A stretch of 64,000 nucleotides of DNA from an uncultured virus (IMG/VR IMGVR_UViG_2061766007_000688). Lineage: Duplodnaviria > Heunggongvirae > Uroviricota > Caudoviricetes. Shown here one piece after another: positions 21,001 through 30,668 of the stretch (the stretch's first letter is position 1; every line of letters starts with the position of its first letter). The notes beneath the pieces were generated by a model. The model had not been told where the DNA came from and did no database searches. It saw only the letters and a program-made list of their open reading frames with translations. The position numbers were made by a program, and so were the translations under genes. The stretch lies in the IMG/VR virus record IMGVR_UViG_2061766007_000688. One strand, 5' to 3'.

Positions 21001-21298
21001 TTACTGCCGCTCCTTTATTCTTATGCTTTGTCAGAACTGGTTTCTTTTTTACTATCTGTTCAAAGGGTTCATAACCATCACCCTCACAGAAGTAATACAT
21101 GTCTGTTGGCTTGTTTGCTTTCATTGTGTAAACAGTATCACCATTACCATCGTTCCACTTACCACAGATACATATACCATTACCAAGCATTACTGCGTTG
21201 GCACAATTTGAGCAACCAGCACAACTTTTCTTCTGCTCCTTGTACTTTTTGTACTCAGACAAACTGATAATTCCTGTTTCAAACTGTTCTTCTTCCAT
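20984..21298 (-). CDS. Cys-rich hypothetical protein
   Basis: CAGCSNC...CIC...FC. Confidence 0.55.
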   Translation of the reverse strand: MEEEQFETGIISLSEYKKYKEQKKSCAGCSNCANAVMLGNGICICGKWNDGNGDTVYTMKANKPTDMYYFCEGDGYEPFEQIVKKKPVLTKHKNKGAAVNEEIK

Positions 21299-21386
21299 CT
21301 CTGTCTCCTTTCACAATATCTTGTGTCATTCTTTTAGCTAATTATATCATAGCATACAGGATATAGTAAAACAATGCGGAGATAGA

Positions 21387-21863
21387 CTACATCTGTATTT
21401 CATCAAAGAACGATTCAAAATCATACTCGAAAAACACTCGTTTCTTTTTACCTGGAATGTTATAGATTGGATGTTCGTTATCAACAGGATCCTCAAGATA
21501 GCTGATACTCTTTTTACCGAGAAGATTTCTGTAGAAACAGAGTGTTTCAATGGGTATGAATCGTGTCACATCTCTTTCTGTCCACCAACATATAACACCA
21601 GCCTTTATGCCCATACTTATATCAGCATACTTGACCATGCCATTCCATTGTGTGTCAGTGATATTTGAAAATGGGAAAGTATTACCACGCACTGACTTAC
21701 ACTCAAAGAGAAACATATTAGGATAGCGATATGCTATAAAGTCACAGATGTTTGCACTGCCCTTAAACCCGTTTGTCTGGTCATGTAGTCTGATAATAGC
21801 GGCACACTTCTCGACACTCTCTTTTATTACATTCTCAAAGTCTTTTCCTCTGTTTACAGACAT
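21387..21863 (-). CDS. recU: RecU-like Holliday junction resolvase
   Basis: NRGKDFE, CDFI, FECKS, ITDTQ. Confidence 0.8.
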   Translation of the reverse strand: MSVNRGKDFENVIKESVEKCAAIIRLHDQTNGFKGSANICDFIAYRYPNMFLFECKSVRGNTFPFSNITDTQWNGMVKYADISMGIKAGVICWWTERDVTRFIPIETLCFYRNLLGKKSISYLEDPVDNEHPIYNIPGKKKRVFFEYDFESFFDEIQM

Positions 21864-22657
21864 TAGTTATCCTTTCCGCACCGGTTTCTAAACCCGCAGT
21901 AATTGCACACACGCTTATCAACATTAGGTTTAGGTGGCACTATCTTTCTCTTTATGTATCCGTTGACATACTCAATGTAGTCTATAATAGTCTGTCTCAT
22001 GTCATCAGTAACATTGAACATAAAGGTTTTCATGTTCAGCATGTCTCTGTCAACATAAAGGAATATTACATCGTTTAGACCCATAGACAGTGAATAAGCA
22101 ATACCTTGATTGTAGTGCTTAGGATCTACTCCCTCTCTTGCATACCACTTACTACTTGTCTCCGTCTTTATTTCAAGAATATAATATTTCTTCTTGTACC
22201 TGATAATACCGTCACACATGAATGACATGTTGTACTTCTTATTGTATAGCTTCGTCTCAAAGCCATGCTTCTCTCTTATCACCAAATCTGTGAGTTTTCT
22301 GTGCTCTACAAACCATGCTACATCTATGTATTCGCATGGTATATTATTTGTCTGCATAAGTGATACTGCATTCTGCACCCTTTCATGTATATCAGAACCA
22401 GAGTTCTGTATCTGAATAGAGTTGAATGTGTTGGGTGTATCATCAGGCTTCTCACCCATTATCTGATAATAAGATGACCTAAAACAGTTCATCCCGCTCG
22501 GCTTAAATGTTTTAGAGCCAGGTGACCTGCCTTTTGCATCTGTCATCTCGATACTTCTTTTAAGGTCAGACAAAAATTGAGCCTCTACCGGCTCTTTACT
22601 CACATGATTGGCTTCATCCAGTAAGCGTGATACATTCTTCAAACTGCTTCTGCTCAT
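21863..22657 (-). CDS. Cas4-like PD-(D/E)xK exonuclease with Fe-S Cys motif
   Basis: PSGMNC, CDGII, LEIKT, QGIAY, CNYCGFRNRC. Confidence 0.85.
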   Translation of the reverse strand: MSRSSLKNVSRLLDEANHVSKEPVEAQFLSDLKRSIEMTDAKGRSPGSKTFKPSGMNCFRSSYYQIMGEKPDDTPNTFNSIQIQNSGSDIHERVQNAVSLMQTNNIPCEYIDVAWFVEHRKLTDLVIREKHGFETKLYNKKYNMSFMCDGIIRYKKKYYILEIKTETSSKWYAREGVDPKHYNQGIAYSLSMGLNDVIFLYVDRDMLNMKTFMFNVTDDMRQTIIDYIEYVNGYIKRKIVPPKPNVDKRVCNYCGFRNRCGKDN

Positions 22658-22702
22658 ATCATAACCTGGGGAGAGTTTTTATCTCTCCCCGCCTTTCCTT
22701 TC

Positions 22703-23857
22703 TTATTCTTCGTCATCTTCTGAATCATCTGCGAACGGCACTATCTGCTTCACATTTCCCTCAGATATCTTGAGGCCTGTGTCTTTGCCATAGTTCACAA
22801 CAATCTGCTCTGCGTGGTTAGATTTGATGATTGAGATGAGGACATTGATGTTCGTACTACATACAAAGTCTGAGAAGTTAGTACTCTCAATGTACGGTAT
22901 AATCTCATGTCCGCTCTGTGACTTACTTGTGATTGCTATGCCCTCTTTTGTGAAAGCAATATCAATCTCACCGCTGTCAACTTTCTCATTAACAAACAGC
23001 AACAGTCTGTCAAGCAGGCTGACAAGCTTTGTTCTGTCAATCTTACATGAACTCGGATACGGCTCATCGAGAAGTGCTTCAACTGCATCGAGCGGGAACT
23101 CATCAACATTGTCCATGAGTTTGCCGTACACAATGACATCTGATGTGATGAACTCAATATCCTCTTCGCTGTACTTAACATGTACATCTTCCTTTGTCAG
23201 AACATCGAGAAGATTTACAAGGTCAGCATGAACGAGAACAGCAGGATCAAACATCTCTATGTCGATACCACACATCGAGAATGTGTCTGTTGTTACTGCC
23301 TGCTTACCCATGAAGTATCCTGTGTACGGACTGCCGCTACTCTGCTCGTTTGTAGGAAGCACCGATGATTTCGCTGTAGTCATAATGAGTCTGAGTGTTG
23401 ACAGCTTTGTATCTGCCTCGTTCCACTCACTGTCATCTGCATCTTCAACAGGGTCAGGAAATCTTACAAGGTCTCCGTTCTCATCATACGGTAAGTCAAG
23501 TGAGTAGTTTCCGTCTGCTTTGACTACAAGACAGTCAGCAGCCCCGCTGTCGCCTGTCTTTACAGACATTTCAACATTCTCGCTTGTAAGCTTTGAGATA
23601 AGCCGCGCAAACTTATCTGCATACACAACGACATAGAAATCATCTCCTGCTACCTTATCTTTCTGAACATACAGGTAGTTGCTGTAGTCAGTTGTGATAA
23701 GTCTGAGTACTCCGCCTTTGAGTTCGATAGCCATGAGCTGTGTCATCAAGATATCTGCATTTGACGAACAACCCTTGATTGCTTTTGCAACCATTGTCTT
23801 GAACTCTCCTACATTCAGTTTGAGTGCTTTTGTTTCTGTTTTTGCTTTTTTCGCCAT
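22703..23857 (-). CDS. dnaN: Sliding clamp (DNA pol III beta-like)
   Basis: 384 aa, LRLITTD / AVTTD repeats, three-domain size; clamp loader genes nearby. Confidence 0.7.
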   Translation of the reverse strand: MAKKAKTETKALKLNVGEFKTMVAKAIKGCSSNADILMTQLMAIELKGGVLRLITTDYSNYLYVQKDKVAGDDFYVVVYADKFARLISKLTSENVEMSVKTGDSGAADCLVVKADGNYSLDLPYDENGDLVRFPDPVEDADDSEWNEADTKLSTLRLIMTTAKSSVLPTNEQSSGSPYTGYFMGKQAVTTDTFSMCGIDIEMFDPAVLVHADLVNLLDVLTKEDVHVKYSEEDIEFITSDVIVYGKLMDNVDEFPLDAVEALLDEPYPSSCKIDRTKLVSLLDRLLLFVNEKVDSGEIDIAFTKEGIAITSKSQSGHEIIPYIESTNFSDFVCSTNINVLISIIKSNHAEQIVVNYGKDTGLKISEGNVKQIVPFADDSEDDEE

Positions 23858-23938
23858 TTCAAATTCCTCCTTTGGTTATTTGGCTTAATCTTTTATATGT
23901 ATATGATATAACAAACTAAAAACTGCTACAACACGGAG

Positions 23939-24316
23939 TTACTCATCCGTTGCTTCAAACTTCAAGCCGCCTACTTCCCAAACAAACTTCTGTAACTCTG
24001 CTGTTGTAAACCCTTCTTCATCATTCTGCCACTTGTTATAATAGTCGAGCATACGGTCTGTAAACTTGCGAATGTTTTTCTGATAGTTCTTTGGCCAGAA
24101 GTTCTCGTCAAGTAACGACTTAATGGGCAGTGAGAATAACAATATCATGGCAGTATTGATAGCATCTGACATTGCATCTGCTTTTATCTTCTCTTTAGCA
24201 GGCCCCAACTGCTTTTCCATTTCTCTCTTTACAAGCATTGTTAACTGCTCCTGAGTAAGAGTAAATGTTGCCTTCTTTGCTCTGTTCTCTCTCAACTCTT
24301 TTCCTTTGTTACTCAT
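23939..24316 (-). CDS. Hypothetical protein
   Basis: 125 aa ORF coupled to upstream glycosyltransferase. Confidence 0.6.
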   Translation of the reverse strand: MSNKGKELRENRAKKATFTLTQEQLTMLVKREMEKQLGPAKEKIKADAMSDAINTAMILLFSLPIKSLLDENFWPKNYQKNIRKFTDRMLDYYNKWQNDEEGFTTAELQKFVWEVGGLKFEATDE

Positions 24317-25170
24317 GCTTTCTTATACCTCCCCGATATTATTTTTGGCACGGCTGCGTCCCAATCTATATTATGATGTGGTCGATAGTGTCTATCTCCC
24401 ATCATCCCTACCTTTACACAAGACGGGCTACAAAGCACTGTGTAGAAACTCTTCTGATATGTTCCCACACCTAAATACAAATCTGCCATACCGCCTGCTT
24501 GCGACTGTGTTTCTGCTTGGTCTATCATCATAAAGTCAAATGTTATGAATATCTGACCTCTTGAACCGTTACACACATAAGCATTAACATCCTCATTTAT
24601 TGTGCCGTTGAATATTATCCTTCTGTCTGTCTTACAGATAAAACTATTCATGGCTTTTCTGAGATAATGCTTTCTGACAAGATTACTCCCTACTCCACCA
24701 ATATAATCTCCTGCTTGACCAAAAGCTACTGTGTAGATGTTCTCATTAGTCTCAAGGAAATCAAGATGTGCTTCAAATACTGCGTCAAGGTTAGCTCTTG
24801 TACTGCGATAGAATACTCCATCTTCTTCCCAGCGATATGGGTTTGAGATATAGTCATCATCATACTCGCAAAAATATTTCAATCCCTCTTGTTCTGCTAT
24901 GTCATAGCAAGCGTTTCTTGCATACACTATACACTTACGGTGTTTAGGAATATCCATCGTGTCAAACTTTTTCACGACTTCATCCTTAGAGAAAATCTTC
25001 ACATCATCACCATAGATATCTACATAGTTCTGCAAGTCCGGGTCTTGGTCATCACACACTATCAAGATTCTTCCTGTGTACCCATACTTTCTCAGAGTCG
25101 CATAAGTCGGGGTGTTTTCTGCTCTGCCGTGACATATTACCATTACAGCGAACTCATCAAGCTTGCTCAT
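24313..25170 (-). CDS. TAGT/GREB1-like glycosyltransferase (start MSKLDEF)
   Basis: CHGRA, GYTG..IVCDDQD, YARN, YDDDY, NEDV, GGMADLY, HH..W...PKI. Confidence 0.75.
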   Translation of the reverse strand: MSKLDEFAVMVICHGRAENTPTYATLRKYGYTGRILIVCDDQDPDLQNYVDIYGDDVKIFSKDEVVKKFDTMDIPKHRKCIVYARNACYDIAEQEGLKYFCEYDDDYISNPYRWEEDGVFYRSTRANLDAVFEAHLDFLETNENIYTVAFGQAGDYIGGVGSNLVRKHYLRKAMNSFICKTDRRIIFNGTINEDVNAYVCNGSRGQIFITFDFMMIDQAETQSQAGGMADLYLGVGTYQKSFYTVLCSPSCVKVGMMGDRHYRPHHNIDWDAAVPKIISGRYKKA

Positions 25171-25729
25171 TCTTTTCACCCTCTTCCACAGGTGCAGGCA
25201 TGAAGTCAACAAAGTCGTCTGCTTCTTTCTCTGTCTGCTCAGGTGCTTTTTCTTTCTTCTCTTTTGCTTTCTTAATAGCAAGCTCCCTCTGAGCTTTTAG
25301 CACTCTTGCGGCTTCTCTTGCTCTGCTGTCTCTCTTTTTCTCCTCGTCTATGAGCTGACGCATCTTCTCTGAAAGAACTACATATCCATTTGCTATTGCG
25401 TCATCCATGTCGAGAATTACAAGAGCTGACTGCTCCATCAATCTCTGCATTTCAGGTGTTGCATGGGCATAATAATCCGCTATCTTACTATAAGAGAAAA
25501 CGATGTGCCGAGTGGCAGCGAGTTCGAGGAATTTCTTTTCTTCTGCTGATACTTTAGACTTCTTAATGGCATTGAGAAGTTTGCCATATTTCTCAGTGTC
25601 ACACAACTGAGCTATTACAGGCTGTTCATTACTCGGTGTGTACTGAGGTACTGTTATTGCCCGTGAGTACTTTGTGTCGTTACCCATGGGATTCTTCTTT
25701 GCTCTGTCATCTTTCAACAACTGTTTCAT
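25157..25729 (-). CDS. Glycosyltransferase-associated helical protein
   Basis: FLELAATRHIVFSYSKIADYYAHA..MQRLMEQSALVILDMDDAIANGYV; sandwiched between the two transferases. Confidence 0.6.
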   Translation of the reverse strand: MKQLLKDDRAKKNPMGNDTKYSRAITVPQYTPSNEQPVIAQLCDTEKYGKLLNAIKKSKVSAEEKKFLELAATRHIVFSYSKIADYYAHATPEMQRLMEQSALVILDMDDAIANGYVVLSEKMRQLIDEEKKRDSRAREAARVLKAQRELAIKKAKEKKEKAPEQTEKEADDFVDFMPAPVEEGEKNEQA

Positions 25730-25794
25730 GCTGTTCTCCTTTCAACTGTTTGTGTATCTTCTAATGATGATATTATACATCAGCACACAAACTA

Positions 25795-26649
25795 TTACAA
25801 GTTGGAATATCTCGAACTGATTATCTTTGGAAATGTGTTTTCTCTTTGTACTGCACCATACCATCGTGTCTTATAGTACTGTGCTTTCATAGATGTAGGA
25901 CAATACATTGTTTCACACTGCACAAGCTCTAAACTATCCTGTGACTTATAAAGCTCTGTCATACCGCCGTCTGATTTGCCTTGAACTACCATATCATTGT
26001 GAATAACAGGCATATTCATCCACACATTTCCGACAATACTACTTGTGCAAGCTGTTATCAAATCTTCTCCGTATGAGCCTCGCCAGTCAACTTTATGCTT
26101 GCTGTTCCTAAACACAAAATTATAGGCTACTCGATTATTGCAAGTAGTAACTGGTTCAAAAACACTTGTGCCTTTAAGATATGAAGATGTAAAGCCAAAT
26201 GAAAGGGCTGTCAAGTCAGCGTTCACAAGATAATCTACAAAGGTGTCTGCTACTTCATCAAAGTTCTTTGTTATCGGCAAAGCTCTTAACTTTCCGTCCT
26301 CTATAAATCTGTACCTTAACTGCTTTGTGTCATCATCTGAAATAACAAATGTTTTGAGGTTAAGCCCTTTTGCAAGTTTTTCACATGCACACTTACCATA
26401 CAGAATTACTTTTCTGAACAGCTTAGGTCCATAATCTACATGTTCTATGTAGTCTTGCTTACAAAACACATAGACGCCTGTATGGTCATCTTCGTACTTG
26501 CTACTTAAACTATCGACGGTGTCATCCTCATCATCTACTACAAGTATTATCTCTCCTGTATAACCCGCTTTTCTCAATGTTTCAAGAGTGTACTGCTTAT
26601 CAGGTCGACCGTGTGTACATATCATTATTGCAAAGTTTTTATTCCTCAT
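25795..26649 (-). CDS. Second, divergent TAGT/GREB1-like glycosyltransferase
   Basis: THGRP, GYTG..LVVDDED, SDDD, GEDL, GGMTELY, PKIIS. Confidence 0.7.
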   Translation of the reverse strand: MRNKNFAIMICTHGRPDKQYTLETLRKAGYTGEIILVVDDEDDTVDSLSSKYEDDHTGVYVFCKQDYIEHVDYGPKLFRKVILYGKCACEKLAKGLNLKTFVISDDDTKQLRYRFIEDGKLRALPITKNFDEVADTFVDYLVNADLTALSFGFTSSYLKGTSVFEPVTTCNNRVAYNFVFRNSKHKVDWRGSYGEDLITACTSSIVGNVWMNMPVIHNDMVVQGKSDGGMTELYKSQDSLELVQCETMYCPTSMKAQYYKTRWYGAVQRENTFPKIISSRYSNL

Positions 26650-26911
26650 TATCTATGTCCTCAAACTCAACTGTCTTACCATACCATCTGTCTGATACTT
26701 CGACATCACATGAGATAGGAATTGTAAACATATCTCCGGGTGCTTCTGACATTATCTTTGAAAACAGCTCTACAACTTCTTTTGTGTTCTCTTTAGGACA
26801 CTCTGCTATTATCTCATCATGTACAGGTATCAACATTCTGAAACCAAGTTCTCTCAGACGCTCATTCTGAAACAGCTTTATCATAGCCAGCTTGGACATG
26901 TCAGCTGCACT
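26639..26911 (-). CDS. polA: DNA polymerase family A, exon 2
   Basis: SAADMSKLAM...PVHDEII (motif C). Confidence 0.9.
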   Translation of the reverse strand, partial: SAADMSKLAMIKLFQNERLRELGFRMLIPVHDEIIAECPKENTKEVVELFSKIMSEAPGDMFTIPISCDVEVSDRWYGKTVEFEDIDNEE

Positions 26912-27890
26912 CGATTACTCACTATTTTTCAATAATGACCTGACTATCTTTTCAGTGTTACTAAACACTGTCCACCTCTTCCACTTGTAACTCATCTTCA
27001 AGTGTACTTCCCTACAAAGGGAATAGTCGATACACCTTCATAATTTAGTCCAAGAATATCCAAATGTCTTTGCTCTTTTACCATTCTTATTAAACTTATC
27101 AGCATATTTTAGCAAGTTTCCTGCTTCCTTTGTAGGCTTATTCAAGAATCGTAAAGCATCTGACACACACTCAAACTCCTTAATTATAACTTCGTTTTCA
27201 ATCATACCAATTCTAATCTTCTTTGAGTTGTTATAATTTTTGAATGTGTCAATATACTTACCAGACTGACGTTCAGATGTCCTTTTGTTGAACTCTTTTC
27301 GTTTCTCTGTATTTCCAAAATTCCATTCATCAAAAGGAACTCTTGTCTTTTTTACCATCTCTGGGTCAGACATTATTCTTTTATGCTTTTCTCTTACAGA
27401 CAATTCATCCATTGGATTTTCATCCCCACCCCACGAGATGTTGTAACCACCTTCTGTATAATGGGTGTGATAAAACTTGATATAAAATGTTTCAAGCTCT
27501 TTCCAATGTTCATCATCTGTTACACATATTTGCTCTATCTTAAAATTTTCTTTACCATATTTTTGTATTGCATTATGTATGTAAGTGTTATACCACTTAC
27601 AATTACAATGTTGTGAAAATCTATGAGATAAAGTGTATTTTGTCTTGCCTACATACTGCTTTCCGTTAATAAGATTTGTTATAAGGTATATTCTTGTCAT
27701 ATCTACTATCTCCTTTCACATTCATTATATCACTGCGATATGTGAAAATCAATAGCGGATATGTGAAAATTATGCTTGGCACGGGATTAGCATATCTCTC
27801 GACTTAGCCTTCCCCGTTAGCAATTACTTTTGTAATCACACCCCTGAGTAATAAGGTTCAATGGATAAGGGCAGTTAACCGATTTGGTTT
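26912..27890 (-). mobile_element. Group I intron (979 nt, IA2-like) in polA
   Basis: Exon 1 ends IQG (GGU), intron ends in G, exon 2 resumes SAAD; P 27807-27822, Q 27775-27788, R 27024-27036, S 26942-26950; IGS GCCCU pairs with exon AGGGU. Confidence 0.92.
27038..27700 (-). CDS. Intron-encoded GIY-YIG homing endonuclease
   Basis: RIYLITNLINGKQYVGKT...RFSQH...E..YI...GYN..GG; NUMOD-like C-terminus. Confidence 0.92.
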   Translation of the reverse strand: MTRIYLITNLINGKQYVGKTKYTLSHRFSQHCNCKWYNTYIHNAIQKYGKENFKIEQICVTDDEHWKELETFYIKFYHTHYTEGGYNISWGGDENPMDELSVREKHKRIMSDPEMVKKTRVPFDEWNFGNTEKRKEFNKRTSERQSGKYIDTFKNYNNSKKIRIGMIENEVIIKEFECVSDALRFLNKPTKEAGNLLKYADKFNKNGKRAKTFGYSWTKL

Positions 27891-29981
27891 ACCCTGTATT
27901 CTGCTGTTCACTACTTGTCGTGTTGCTTTCTGTCTATCATTTCTGTAGTCGTGTATGATAATACCATGTACTTTTGCTTGATTCTTTATTGCTTCTCTCT
28001 TTGAAGGATCCCATGTCTTATCAAGCTCCCGTGTGTACTGTCTACATATCTTCTCAGGTACTTCTTCATTCTCTAACCCATCGTCATCAAAATCAAGAGG
28101 GTCACCAGACATACCTGCACCTGTTGCATACTCAAACTCATAGTCATTGTGCATAAGAACAGGTAATCTTCTCTTTCTTCCCCAAAGGGTTGTTACATAT
28201 CCCAGAGTCTCAGCCATTTCAAGACTATCTTCTTCAAACTTTCCTATTGCAGGGAAACCTTTCATAACGCTGTCTTTTATCTGCTGTGCTTTCTTTGTAG
28301 ATACTCCCAACTGCTCTGCTATACTCGGTACGCCTCTTCCATATAGCACTCCTAATAAGATACTCTTGGCTTGGCTTCTTCTCTCTTTACCTGCAGGATA
28401 TGTAATCTTCTCTCCGTTCTCATCAAGCACAAAAGAGCCATCTTCATTTGTCATAAACTCGAGGCACTCTCTGTATGATGTGTTAAACGATAATGAGGCA
28501 ATCTGTGCATATAAATCTTTTCCCTGTTGATAAGCGTCTATCATTAACGGGTCTTTGCACATCATTGTCATTACTTTTGGTTCTTGCTGGCTATAGTCAG
28601 CCGACATCATTACATATCCGTCAGTTGCTTTGAACATAGGTCTTATATCTTTATTATGAGACGGTATGTTCTGCAAGTTCGGGTCATTACTTGAAAATCT
28701 TCCTGTATCTGCCCCATACTGATTGAACTTACAATGTACTCGCTTATCTTTCTTGTTAACGACTGTTGGCATTTTTTCTATATAAGTTCCCATTAGTTTC
28801 TCAATACTGCGATATTCGAGTATTGCTTTTCCAAGAGGTGTTTTCATCTTAGCAAGTATCTTTTCTCCTGTGCCTCTTGGGCTATCTTTATCAACTGACT
28901 TCTCTCCCATTATGTCGTAGAGTAATACTGCAAGTTGTTTGGGACTTGATAGATTTATAGGGTCGTCAAGATGAACACTGCCATTATACTGTGCTATCTC
29001 GTCCTTATACATATCTACAATCTTGTAGCACTCTTTCTCCGCTTTCTTTAACAACTTTGAATACTTCTCCTGTAATTCTTTGCAGTATTCAAAGTCAAGT
29101 GCTACTCCTGTGTCCTCAAGTTCTACATCTACTTCTACAATTGGCATTTCTATATTCAGAAACATCCACGACACACCATTCATACCGTTTCTGTCAGACA
29201 TTTTACAAGTAGGGTCATAATAAAGATACTGTTTCTGATACTCATAAAATTCAAGTGTTATCCGAGCGTCATGGGCAGCGTATAAGAAACCAGTCTTTAT
29301 AGGAACAAATGCAAAGTTAAGTCCGTCAAATAATTCATCGAACTTGAAAGCATCTTCCTGTCCTTTAAGCACATACTTCTGATGTAACTTTTTCAGACCT
29401 TTCTGACCCTTCAGCTCATTCTCATTCATACAGCGACTTGCTACTGATGTGTCCCAGAAACATTTTAACAGCACCCCAACTTGATTTTTGATAACACGAC
29501 AGTCGAACACTCCGTTGAACATTACTATCATGTCACGATAACCAGACAGTCTTTCAAGACACTCTCTTGCGTCATCAATGCTCATTTGTTCTTTAACACG
29601 CTGTCCTGTAACAAACGATACATGATTGAGAGGGATGTAAGCTGGGTGTTTTGCAAATGTGGGGCAACAAATACTAAATCCTACAATCTCATCTTGCATA
29701 GGGTCAAGTCCTGTTGTTTCTGTATCTATTGCACATATTCCATCTTCGATACACTGGTCTATATACTTATTCAGGTCTTCTTTAGTTTTGATACATCTGT
29801 ATTGCTCTTTATACTTACCAAGATACTGTTCAACTGTCGCATTGATAGACGATATCCGAGATGAAAGTCCCCCACCCCCTTTTACTGAGGTGGAGGATTT
29901 TTTCTTACTCTGTGTCTTTTTCAGAAGTGATTTATCATGTGCGGCTGAACGAACACTTGGTACATTCAGTAGTTGTTTCAT
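27891..29981 (-). CDS. polA: DNA polymerase family A, exon 1 (3'-5' exo plus polymerase; no 5'-3' exo)
   Basis: IDTETTG, TGRFSSNDPNLQNIP, ADYSQQE, RSQAKSILLGVLYG, NSRIQG. Confidence 0.95.
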
Positions 29982-29983
29982 AC

Positions 29984-30667
29984 TCAGAACTCCTCATCTG
30001 AACTGCGACGGCTTCTTGAAGAGCGTGAACTTCTTGACGGCCTGTCATCTTCGTCACGATCCCTCGAACTCCTTCTTCTTACTGCCGGCTCTTCGTTGTC
30101 ATCATTATCATCCGGAAAATCACCATGGTCAAGGAAATATTCCATCTCTTCTGCTGTCTTGTCAAGAACATATCTGCCGAGAACTTCCGGTACATCAAAA
30201 TCTTCGAGTTTTACATCATCGTCTTTTCCGTCATCGTAGAACTGATATGTAGTGCCCGTGTCTTTAGGCTTGCCGTGTCTTTCGATTTCTGTAACCCAAG
30301 AGAATACATCTTTATGTCTTGACACATATCCTGAGAGTGTCTTAAAGATAGCCTTTCCTCTCTCCCACATCTGCACTTCCTTTGTATCAAGATTGTACAG
30401 CGGTATAAAGCACTTCGCTACAATCTTCATCTTCTCAGCACAGAACGGACAAACATCTATCGGGTCGCTATACTCTCTCAGACAGTTTACAAGCTTTCTG
30501 CTGTCACCTATCTTTACTTCGTGACAAGCATACCCCGGAAAGTCGTTCATGTCTCTGCCGAGTATTCTGACTTTTGCTACATCCATGTCGTTTTCGAGTT
30601 TGAAGTAAGAACCACCTGACCCGTTACCACCATATTTGTCAGCGTCCTCATAACTAAATGTACCCAT
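29984..30667 (-). CDS. Single-stranded DNA-binding protein (gp32-like)
   Basis: YFKL, Zn ligands H..C..CPFC, TTY, acidic tail EEF. Confidence 0.7.
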   Translation of the reverse strand: MGTFSYEDADKYGGNGSGGSYFKLENDMDVAKVRILGRDMNDFPGYACHEVKIGDSRKLVNCLREYSDPIDVCPFCAEKMKIVAKCFIPLYNLDTKEVQMWERGKAIFKTLSGYVSRHKDVFSWVTEIERHGKPKDTGTTYQFYDDGKDDDVKLEDFDVPEVLGRYVLDKTAEEMEYFLDHGDFPDDNDDNEEPAVRRRSSRDRDEDDRPSRSSRSSRSRRSSDEEF

Positions 30668-30668
30668 T

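Noticed and set aside
21863..22657. Cas4-like gene as part of a CRISPR-Cas system
   Set aside because: No array or other cas genes; it sits with RecU/RecA as a recombination nuclease
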